From: an uncultured Elusimicrobia bacterium
Lineage (GTDB): Bacteria > Elusimicrobiota > Elusimicrobia > CAZMIB01
NCBI GenBank assembly: GCA_964566245.1
Contig: CAZMIB010000002.1
Span: 1 to 55,761, forward strand
Length of the DNA stretch: 55,761 bases
Reading direction: 5' to 3'
Below, one piece after another: positions 49,256-55,761 of this stretch. Each line of letters opens with the position of its first letter. Positions within the stretch are counted from its first letter, which is position 1. A program made the position numbers and the translations under genes. The notes beneath the pieces were generated by a model. It saw only the letters and a list, made by a program, of their open reading frames with translations, was not told the DNA's origin and ran no database searches.

Positions 49256-49701
49256 GATTCGGGCAAGATTTTCGCCTTATCGGCCGCGGTGATCAAGATG
49301 CTGTTGCGCACGATTTGATCGATCCGGCCCAGGATGTAGTCCGGGAGATCTCCGATGATCTCCGCTTCCCGACACGCAACAAGGTCCTCGATGACCTCTC
49401 TCGAAAATTCATACAGCTCGCGACAATTGATCGCCGTTCGTTTCGGGAAAAATTCCAAGGACTTCGCCTCAAGAATGATGGCGTTCTCCCTAAACATCTT
49501 ATTGCGCTCATAAATATCCAGCTGCGAGGTGGTTATGAAAAAAACGAGTGGGTCGGCCGATACCGGCTCTCTACTGACGACGACGATATACTTCGGCTTG
49601 GTGACGCCGGTCTTGTCGAAACGGATCGTCGCGCGCAAGACAGTCCCGCGACGGACACGTTTAGCAAATAGCTTTCGAAGCTGATCGGGAGACAGGGACA
49701 C
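49252..49701 (-). CDS. candidate toxin partnered with the Panacea antitoxin; MazF/PemK-like sequence pattern
   Basis: 149 aa, GTG start. RGTVLRATIRFD..G.TKPKYIVVVS....DPLVFFITTSQ......ENAIILE.......KRTAINCRELYEFSREVI....IIGDLPDYILGRI follows the MazF/Kid layout (G.i..v.f...K.RP.vvvs...v.v.piTs....S.v.c.q...i....l..iG.l). Stop overlaps the mtaB GTG (GTGA). AT-richer than the flanks. Confidence 0.5.
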   Translation of the reverse strand: MSLSPDQLRKLFAKRVRRGTVLRATIRFDKTGVTKPKYIVVVSREPVSADPLVFFITTSQLDIYERNKMFRENAIILEAKSLEFFPKRTAINCRELYEFSREVIEDLVACREAEIIGDLPDYILGRIDQIVRNSILITAADKAKILPES

Positions 49702-50290
49702 GGGAAAATGCCGCCATCACTTCGGCTTTATCCCGCTGCTCAGCCTCCGCGAGGTCGACGATGCCTTCGACGGCCTCGCGATCGTCTACCGGGAACAACC
49801 TGTAGTCGATCTCCGCGAGCGCCTCCGTTTTCTTCCATGCGGCGTGCTTGTGCGTGATATCCACCAGCGCCGAGGGCGCCAAGCGACCGTAATTTTCGAC
49901 CGTCCAGCGCAGCGCATCAACGTCGCTTTGGCTCAAAACATCGGTGCAGGGCTTTTTCCCCAGCGATATGAGCGGATATTTCTTGGACTTGTCCACCTTG
50001 AAGTACTTAGCCAGCGTCTTGCCCTCGACCGCGGGCTTGATGCGCAGCATCAAGTCTTCCTCAAGCTGGTCGATCAGTTCCTTGGAAAGCGAAGGAACGG
50101 GGCCCAACCCCAGTCGAACGTAGCGGTCACCGATGACCGGGCGACCGAAGAGATTGAAGTGTCGCCGGTCGGCCAAGTAGAGAAGCTTCACGAGCTTCAA
50201 CTTGGTCATCGGGCCGCAGGCCTCGATGAAATAGGCCAGCGACGCGATGAATTTATCGAGGCTGAATCGAAACCTCAAGTGTGATCCCAC
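49661..50290 (-). CDS. DUF4065 / Panacea-domain (SocA/PanA-like) antitoxin
   Basis: 209 aa, GTG start. Hallmark MTKLKLVKLLYLADRRHFNLFGRPVIGDRYVRLGLGPVPS. Overlaps the downstream ORF by 41 nt. Confidence 0.8.
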   Translation of the reverse strand: MGSHLRFRFSLDKFIASLAYFIEACGPMTKLKLVKLLYLADRRHFNLFGRPVIGDRYVRLGLGPVPSLSKELIDQLEEDLMLRIKPAVEGKTLAKYFKVDKSKKYPLISLGKKPCTDVLSQSDVDALRWTVENYGRLAPSALVDITHKHAAWKKTEALAEIDYRLFPVDDREAVEGIVDLAEAEQRDKAEVMAAFSRVPVSRSASKAIC

Positions 50291-50346
50291 AAAGGAAGTA
50301 TAGGTCCAGACCAGGAGGAAAGCAATATCGCGGATAACGCTAAGAT

Positions 50347-50355
50347 ATTATACCA
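50347..50355 (-). promoter_or_regulatory. extended -10 (TGGTATAAT) upstream of the Panacea gene
   Basis: The minus strand reads TGGTATAAT (plus-strand ATTATACCA at 50347..50355), about 57 nt upstream of GTG 50290. No clear -35. Confidence 0.35.
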
Positions 50356-50444
50356 AATCAACGTTTACCTGGGACCTCGATTTTCAAACCCGAGGAAATT
50401 GGCCGCCATCTACGAAAGTAGACTGAGCCGTAGACGCAGTGACT

Positions 50445-50843
50445 CTACGCCGGTCTGACCGCGATCTGCGCCACCTTTGCGAAATGGGCGTCCGCGGTGA
50501 GAAGCTCAAGGCCGTGCTGCATCGCGCTGGCGGCGATCCAAATGTCGTTGGTCGGTATCGGAGTCCCCGCCGCTCTCAGGGAGTTCAAGATCAGCGCGTA
50601 TCGACTTGCCGTCTCCTCATTGATTTCCAGTACGCTGACGGAGGGCATCGCCAGGAACTCTCGCAGTTCCCTTTCGTTCTTCTGCCGGTGGCCGCCTCCC
50701 GCGAAGCCGGCCAGCAGCTCCCCGATGACTACGGGGTTGAGGAACAACGCTTCCGCCGATTGAATCGCCTCCTTGGCCGCCTGACCGCCGCGAAAGGCCG
50801 CGGAGTAAGCCGAGGTATCCAGGAGCAGCCGGCTCATGTCCAC
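50445..50843 (-). CDS. vapC: PIN-domain ribonuclease toxin VapC
   Basis: 132 aa. LLDTSAY (Asp1), VIGEL, TNDIWIAA, LLTAD acidic PIN quartet. Confidence 0.9.
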   Translation of the reverse strand: MDMSRLLLDTSAYSAAFRGGQAAKEAIQSAEALFLNPVVIGELLAGFAGGGHRQKNERELREFLAMPSVSVLEINEETASRYALILNSLRAAGTPIPTNDIWIAASAMQHGLELLTADAHFAKVAQIAVRPA

Positions 50844-51088
50844 AACTCGCGGTCGATCTGACGCTGACGCGAGAGCGCTCTATCGAACGAGCGCGCCTCC
50901 TCCGCCGACCAGGAACCGAAAAACCGATCCAGATCGTGATTGAGGGGTTTACGCTTTCTGGAAAGCCCGGTCGCCTGCTCCAAAAGGGCGAGCACGGCGC
51001 CGCTGAGGCTGGTTCCGGCTTCGCGCGCCTTGCGCTCGATCGCTCGGGCCAATTCAGGGGAGAGATGACGCAACGTCAGGGCCTTCAT
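50834..51088 (-). CDS. vapB: VapB-type (RHH / FitA-like) antitoxin
   Basis: 84 aa. LTLRHLSPELARAIERKAREAGTSLSGAVLALLEQA. 10-nt overlap with vapC. Confidence 0.75.
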   Translation of the reverse strand: MKALTLRHLSPELARAIERKAREAGTSLSGAVLALLEQATGLSRKRKPLNHDLDRFFGSWSAEEARSFDRALSRQRQIDRELWT

Positions 51089-51127
51089 TGCATCCTCCTA
51101 TGCATCACTATGCATCATTTTAGCATC
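51089..51127 (-). promoter_or_regulatory. phased (T/A)GCATC repeats in the vapB 5' region (operator-like)
   Basis: TGCATC at 51089, 51101 and 51111, and AGCATC at 51122 (10-12 nt phasing). Two copies are embedded in palindromic ATGCAT. Overlaps the GGAGGA RBS (plus-strand TCCTCC 51094..51099). Confidence 0.4.
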
Positions 51128-51176
51128 AGAAAGCGTTCTCGTCAAGGTTCCGCAGCGGATAAGGGAGGCGCCCAGC

Positions 51177-51650
51177 TCATCTCTTCCTCCCCCGTTTCAA
51201 CTTTGCCGGCTTCTCGAAGAGCTCGACGTCGGCCTTGTCCTTGGAGCGATCCGTGGCGCGCTTGTTCTTCAAGAAGGTGTCCCTGTCGAGGTAAAAGACG
51301 ACATGCTTCCCGAAAGGACCTTCCTGGCGGTTGTTCCAAACCTCCTCGGAGGTCACACCGCTTAGACTGGTCAAGAGGTCGATGCGGACCGGAGGATAGC
51401 CTATCTGGATGATCTTGCCGGACAGAATATCCTCTTTCGTCATGCCCAATGACTCGAACCCGAAGTCTTTCAACGCTCGGATGACCGCCTCGGCGTTGCC
51501 CTCGGTCGGCCTGATCCAGAAATCAATATCGCCGGTCGACCGAGGAAATCCAAGGTATGCGAGAGCGAAAGCTCCGACGATCACGAACTCGACGTCGTTG
51601 CGCTTGAGCGCGACAACGAAATCAGAAAAGGTCTCATTCACCTCGCTCAT
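51177..51650 (-). CDS. minimal nucleotidyltransferase-fold protein (MNT/DUF6036-like)
   Basis: 157 aa. FVIVGAFALAYLGFPRSTGDIDFWI (G[GA]-x9-13-D.D NTase motif). C-terminal KRATDRSKDKADVELF. ATGA overlap with the upstream HTH gene. Confidence 0.7.
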   Translation of the reverse strand: MSEVNETFSDFVVALKRNDVEFVIVGAFALAYLGFPRSTGDIDFWIRPTEGNAEAVIRALKDFGFESLGMTKEDILSGKIIQIGYPPVRIDLLTSLSGVTSEEVWNNRQEGPFGKHVVFYLDRDTFLKNKRATDRSKDKADVELFEKPAKLKRGRKR

Positions 51651-52357
51651 TCGCGATCCCTCAACTGGATCACGTACTGGAACGGCGGCAGAGTCTCCTT
51701 ACCGGTGGTCAAGTAAGTCTGCCTTCTCAGGAATTCCATGGCGCCGATCCTGGCCTCGATAGGTTGCGCAAGCCAAAACCGGAGGGTATCGCGATCATCC
51801 TCCTTATCGATGATCCGCACCGACATTTGGGCGCGGCGCGGCTTCACGTCCGTCCGATCGTTCACAGCCGAGGCCTCTCCTCGCAAACCAACGTCCTCCC
51901 AAACCTCGGCGGTCGGCCGAGCCATAAGGCGCAGTTCTTCGGAACGCCGGAGTGCTCGGATCATCCGTTCATCCGGCTTCCGTTGCTCCAAGGCCATGGC
52001 CCCGACGACGCGCGCGACCTTGCGGCGCGCCACCTCTTTGATGCGCTGACGCAGCACTTCCCGCGGCGCCTTTTGAAACTTAGGAAGGAAAACCGCCTCG
52101 CAGTTCAAGGCGCGCAGGATTCGCCTGAGGGTGCTAAGCTGAACATCCACTTTCCCGGTCTCGATCTTCGCCAAATGGGACTGCGGCATCTCCGAGCGCC
52201 CGGCGAGTTGCGCCTGGGTCATGTGGAGGGAGTTTCGAATGGTCCGGATGACGATATGAGGGGCAAGCTCCCCCGTGGCCTCGGGGATTTTTTTCCCGTA
52301 GGAAACCAGGCGCTCGACCCTGTATTGCGTGGTGACTGGAAGCTTGTCTCGTCCCAT
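51647..52357 (-). CDS. XRE-family HTH protein with ~130-aa C-terminal extension
   Basis: ATG 52357 preferred (TTG 52417 lies in the AT-rich promoter region). IRNSLHMTQAQLAGRSEMPQSHLAKIETGKVDVQLSTLRRILRAL is a classic XRE HTH. C-terminus ...DRDTLRFWLAQPIEARIGAMEFLRRQ. Confidence 0.75.
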   Translation of the reverse strand: MGRDKLPVTTQYRVERLVSYGKKIPEATGELAPHIVIRTIRNSLHMTQAQLAGRSEMPQSHLAKIETGKVDVQLSTLRRILRALNCEAVFLPKFQKAPREVLRQRIKEVARRKVARVVGAMALEQRKPDERMIRALRRSEELRLMARPTAEVWEDVGLRGEASAVNDRTDVKPRRAQMSVRIIDKEDDRDTLRFWLAQPIEARIGAMEFLRRQTYLTTGKETLPPFQYVIQLRDRE

Positions 52358-52450
52358 GGGATCAGTTACCCCATCCCTTGACCCTCTAATTTTAACCTGT
52401 TTAAGTATATTTATCAAGACATAATTTATATGTTTTTACATATCATACAC

Positions 52451-52486
52451 ACCAAACACGCACACGATTATCAGAGCGTGTTTGGT
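52451..52486. promoter_or_regulatory. perfect 11-bp inverted repeat in the AT-rich spacer upstream of the HTH gene and downstream of the SnoaL-like gene
   Basis: ACCAAACACGC-14 nt-GCGTGTTTGGT. Could be an operator or a terminator for the 52501..52923 gene (no U-run follows). Confidence 0.4.
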
Positions 52487-52500
52487 AGCCGGCGCCGCCT

Positions 52501-52923
52501 CTAGACGACGGCGCCGGCGGGGAAGTTGGCCGCGATGTGCTTCGCGGTGTCGAGGTAGTGGTGGAAACCGACGACGCGGCCTTTGTCGTCGAACGTCCAG
52601 AGATGCAGCTCCGGGTCGCGCAGGCGGCGGCCGGTCGCCTTGACGGTGAGCTCGATGTCGACCATCGCGCAGACGCGCCGATCGCCCTCCAGGAAGCCCC
52701 GCACCTGGAAGTCGTGAAACTCAAGCCCGGCGAGCGAGGCGAAGAAGTCGGCCACGCCCTGCCGGCCCTCGCGCGCCTTCAGGTAGGGAACGCCGCGCGC
52801 CTGAGCGGTGTGGGCGGGCCACTGCTCCCATTTAACGTCGTCGGCGATTTGCTCAAGGATGAACGGCACGTCGCCGCGGCTGAAGGCGGCGTAGATCGCC
52901 TGGGTCGTTTCGAGATTGTTCAT
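52501..52923 (-). CDS. SnoaL-like / NTF2-fold protein
   Basis: ATG 52923 (MNNLETTQAIYAAFSRGDVPFILEQIADDVKWE...). Typical ketosteroid-isomerase-like N-terminus. Confidence 0.75.
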   Translation of the reverse strand: MNNLETTQAIYAAFSRGDVPFILEQIADDVKWEQWPAHTAQARGVPYLKAREGRQGVADFFASLAGLEFHDFQVRGFLEGDRRVCAMVDIELTVKATGRRLRDPELHLWTFDDKGRVVGFHHYLDTAKHIAANFPAGAVV

Positions 52924-52981
52924 GGGGGCCAACGTATCATATCACGGAGACGTTCATCGCGCGTTTCGCGAGGCCGGGCTG

Positions 52982-53284
52982 CTAGAAGCGTCGCGGCGGG
53001 AGCTTGGGGTCGAGGACCTTGCGGGCGGCTTCGGCGCCGCAGACCGGCAGGCCGTCCGGCTTCAGAAGGCCGACCTGGGCGAGGACGCCGGCTTGGTCCC
53101 AGTAGATGTGCTCGTGCGAGATTTTCCCGCCCTTGAAGCCGGCGATCACCGGGACGTGGTTGAGATGCGGGTCGTCGGTCATCGTGGCCATCGTGGTCTC
53201 GAGGTCGCCCGCCAGTTCCGCGTCGACGTGACGTTGAAACAGCTCCACCATCGCCTTCCGCGCCGCCGTCAGGTTTTCCGCCAT
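52982..53284 (-). CDS. NTF2-like protein, apparently missing the central part of the fold
   Basis: ATG 53284 preceded by GAGGGGGAG. N-terminal RHVDAELAGDLETTMATMTDDPHLNHVP and C-terminal GGKISHEHIYWDQAGVLAQVGLL motifs of SnoaL-like proteins are only ~10 aa apart. Total 100 aa. Confidence 0.5.
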   Translation of the reverse strand: MAENLTAARKAMVELFQRHVDAELAGDLETTMATMTDDPHLNHVPVIAGFKGGKISHEHIYWDQAGVLAQVGLLKPDGLPVCGAEAARKVLDPKLPPRRF

Positions 53285-53428
53285 GCTTCGCTCCCCCTCG
53301 CTCGCGGCCGTCACGGCGCCGGTCATGCGGGCTTATGAAAACATATTTTTCAAAAAGTTATGAGAGACGTCGACGACGCGATTCTTGGCGATCCGCGGAA
53401 AAACTGATAACGTGGAAGCCTCCCTCCC

Positions 53429-55507
53429 ATGCCGCCCGAGCCCCGCTCCGCGCTCCTCCGCCGCGAAGCCGCCGCGATCGTCCTGATCTCGGTTTTGTTC
53501 TGGCTGGATTTCATCGTCGGGCGGCGGGCGTTGTTTTATGACACCTTGCTTCGCATTTTCCTGCCTAACGCGGAATTCCTAAGAGCGTCGCTCGCGCGCG
53601 GAGAGCTGCCGTTTTGGAATCCGCATCTTTTCTCGGGCGTCCCTTTCGCGGGCAATCCGCAGGCGGGAGTCTTCTATCCGCCCAATTATCTCTATGCGAT
53701 CTTCCGCTTTCCCCGCGCGCTGGCGCTCGACATGGCGCTGCACGTGGCGCTGGCGGCGCTCGCCATGCGGCTTCTCGCGGACGAGCTTGGGCTCTCCCCC
53801 GCCGCGGGACGCCTCGCGGCGGCGGCGTTCGCGCTCAACGGCTTCTTCATCGGGCATTACGCGTACCCCAGCAACATCCACTCGACGGCCTGGGCGCCGC
53901 TCGTGCTGCTGCATCTCGACCGCGCCGCGCGCGGCCGGGGAATTCGCGAGGCCTTGCTCGCGGCGGCGTTCTTCGCGCTCCAGATTTTCGGCGGGCATCC
54001 GCAGTTCGCGTTCTACACGCTCGCCGCGGCCGCGCTCGTTTGGATCGCGCGGCGCGGGAGCGTCCGATCGGGGCTCGCCTTTCTCGGCGCCACCGGCGCG
54101 CTGACGGCCGCGCAGTGGATACCGACGGTCGCGTTCGCGGCGCAGTCCTGGCGCGGCTCGGGGCTCGGGTATGGGTGGGCGACGTCGTACTCGGAGCCGA
54201 CCGGCGATCTACTCCGGATGCTGGTTTGCCCGTTATGGAACCGGTACTTCACGCCGACCGGCGGCGATCCGCATATCGTCGGGCTCTACTTCGGGCTCCC
54301 GATACTCATCCTCGCGCTCGCGGCGCTCGGATCTCGCGCCCGCCCGCACGAGGGCCTCGGAGCTTGGCGCACGATCGCGGCCGGGCTTGCGGCGGCGGGA
54401 CTGCTGCTGTCCGTCGGACGGTTCCTGCCGGGTTACGCGCTGCTCTATCGCCTCGTTCCGCCGCTGCGCTGGTTCAGGTTTCCGGCCCAGGCGCTGTTCC
54501 TCGCCTGCCTCGGCATGCCTTTGCTCGCGGCGGCGGGACTCGAAGGGCTGGCGGCTTGGCGCGGCCCCAAAGCGGCGGCATGCGTCGCGTTGCTGGCGGT
54601 CCTCGACCTCGCGGCCTTCGCGCGGGGGAGCTTGGTCGCCTTCGAACCCTCGATCTACGAGACGACGACGCCGACGATCGCGTTTCTTCAGGCCAACGCC
54701 GGCTCGCAGCGCGTCTATATGACGCCTCGCACCCGGCGAGAGTTGCGCGGCGCGGGGCGCAACGAGCTCGAGGCTTGGCTCGGCATGAAGGACTCGCTCG
54801 TGCCGAATGTCGCGATGGCGTACGGCTTGCGCGACGCGGATGGGTTCGATCCACTGACGTTCGGGCGTTACGAAAAGGCGCTGGGGGCGCTGGCGGCGAA
54901 TCCGCTGTCGCCGTGGATGGACGTGCTGGCGGTGAGGTACGTGCTGTCCAGCGGCCGGCTGCCGGAGACCAAGTTCAGGCTGGCGCTCGACGGGCGGTTG
55001 AAGGTCTATGAAAATCCAGGGGCGCTGCCTCGGGCTTACTTCGTGGATAACGCGGTGACGGTTCCTAAAGGAACGGCGACGGATTATGTGACGGGGCATC
55101 CGGGAGAGGATTATCGGAGGATGGTCGTGCTGGAAAGCGGCGATGACAATGCCCCCCTCACCCCCACCCTCTCCCCCAACGGGGGCGAGGGTGTTCCCGG
55201 CAAGAAAAAGGAGAGCGTCAGGCTGGTTCATGACGGGGCGAACCGGGTCGTCATTGACTGCCAAAACGATCGCCCCGGGTGGGTCGTCCTGGCCGACACC
55301 AACGACGCGGGGTGGAAGGTTTACGTCAACGACAAGCGGGCGCCGGCGCTGAAGGCCGACGGCGTCCAGCGGGCGGTCGCGGTGGGGCCGGGGATGAATC
55401 GGATCGAATGGAAGTATCGCCCCGCCTCTTTGGTCGCCGCTGTATTCCTTTCCCTCATCGCCTGGATCGCGCTGGGCCTCCTCCTGGGACGGCGGCCGCT
55501 ACTCTAA
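53429..55507 (+). CDS. YfhO-family polytopic membrane protein (GT-C-like)
   Basis: 692 aa. About 12-14 TM segments. LPFWNPHLFSGVPFAGNPQAGVFYPPN N-terminal motif. Large C-terminal extracytoplasmic domain and a final TM. Confidence 0.85.
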   Translation: MPPEPRSALLRREAAAIVLISVLFWLDFIVGRRALFYDTLLRIFLPNAEFLRASLARGELPFWNPHLFSGVPFAGNPQAGVFYPPNYLYAIFRFPRALALDMALHVALAALAMRLLADELGLSPAAGRLAAAAFALNGFFIGHYAYPSNIHSTAWAPLVLLHLDRAARGRGIREALLAAAFFALQIFGGHPQFAFYTLAAAALVWIARRGSVRSGLAFLGATGALTAAQWIPTVAFAAQSWRGSGLGYGWATSYSEPTGDLLRMLVCPLWNRYFTPTGGDPHIVGLYFGLPILILALAALGSRARPHEGLGAWRTIAAGLAAAGLLLSVGRFLPGYALLYRLVPPLRWFRFPAQALFLACLGMPLLAAAGLEGLAAWRGPKAAACVALLAVLDLAAFARGSLVAFEPSIYETTTPTIAFLQANAGSQRVYMTPRTRRELRGAGRNELEAWLGMKDSLVPNVAMAYGLRDADGFDPLTFGRYEKALGALAANPLSPWMDVLAVRYVLSSGRLPETKFRLALDGRLKVYENPGALPRAYFVDNAVTVPKGTATDYVTGHPGEDYRRMVVLESGDDNAPLTPTLSPNGGEGVPGKKKESVRLVHDGANRVVIDCQNDRPGWVVLADTNDAGWKVYVNDKRAPALKADGVQRAVAVGPGMNRIEWKYRPASLVAAVFLSLIAWIALGLLLGRRPLL
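55154..55193 (+). repeat. REP-like element copy lying in frame inside the yfhO-like CDS
   Basis: CCCCTCACCCCCACCCTCTCCCCCAACGGGGGCGAGGGTG, translated as PLTPTLSPNGGEGV between ...VVLESGDDNA and PGKKKESVRLVHDG. Confidence 0.6.
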
Positions 55508-55761
55508 GGCGTCCCGTATTTCGTCCTCGTTCGGAAGCCGCGAGACGTGGAACCGCACCGTCTCAATCCCGGCGGCCTCCAGGATCGCGTCGCGGCGGGC
55601 GTCCTTCTCGGGGGCGTGCGTCGGGTCGTCGAGCTCGATCACGGGGAGCACCTCGAAAGCCTCCGTGCCGACGGCCGAGGCAGGGCCCTTTTGAAAGGAC
55701 GCGGTCCGGCCGGCGGCGGTTGTCTCTCGGGGTCCGTTGGGGGTGTGCACCAAACCGCAGG
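55499..55761 (-). CDS. DUF2726-like (NERD/endonuclease-like) protein, 3' part; 5' end probably beyond the window
   Basis: ...LPVIELDDPTHAPEKDARRDAILEAAGIETVRFHVSRLPNEDEIRDALE* resembles the DUF2726 C-terminus (iElDg..H......rD...d..l..aGi...Rf). The frame is open to the window edge. Confidence 0.55.
   Translation of the reverse strand, partial: CGLVHTPNGPRETTAAGRTASFQKGPASAVGTEAFEVLPVIELDDPTHAPEKDARRDAILEAAGIETVRFHVSRLPNEDEIRDALE

Overview
High-GC (about two-thirds G+C by eye) bacterial chromosomal window, densely coding, with mostly housekeeping operons. I found no rRNA, tRNA, CRISPR array, integrase or transposase.

Core operons:
- valS followed by three small membrane-anchored Pro-rich genes.
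- ribD-ribE-ribBA-ribH-nusB-ligA-purH.
- putA-like/tdh/kbl.
- DUF4912 plus a GH57 branching enzyme.
- pgm-eno-ftsB-MBL-lgt-rluD-rho.
- mtaB-HIT-rpsU-dnaG-rpoD.

Observations worth a second look, roughly in order of interest:
1. The last ~108 codons of rho occur twice, 1865 bp apart. The two copies encode identical protein but differ at about 29 synonymous sites. They bracket a 1.45 kb cassette whose only gene is an AAA_14/DUF4143 ATPase interrupted by an in-frame TAG.
2. rho itself has no recognisable N-terminal RNA-binding domain. That region is replaced by ~140 aa of GGH/GGQ repeats.
3. An AT-richer toxin-antitoxin islet (49.2-52.4 kb) holds three modules: a DUF4065/Panacea antitoxin with an unannotated MazF-like partner stop/start-overlapped with mtaB, a vapBC pair, and an XRE-HTH plus minimal nucleotidyltransferase pair.
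4. A lower-GC islet carries a Cys-rich secreted protein and a catalytically degenerate stand-alone Hint-like protein.
5. Three translationally coupled secreted PepSY-like paralogs sit next to an orphan BrnA-like antitoxin.
6. A tail-fibre-like Gly-rich protein has a 5'-truncated paralog abutting another truncated gene.
7. A REP-like CCCTCTCCC hairpin element occurs at least six times, once in frame inside a yfhO-like CDS.

All functional calls rest on motif recognition by eye. No searches were run.
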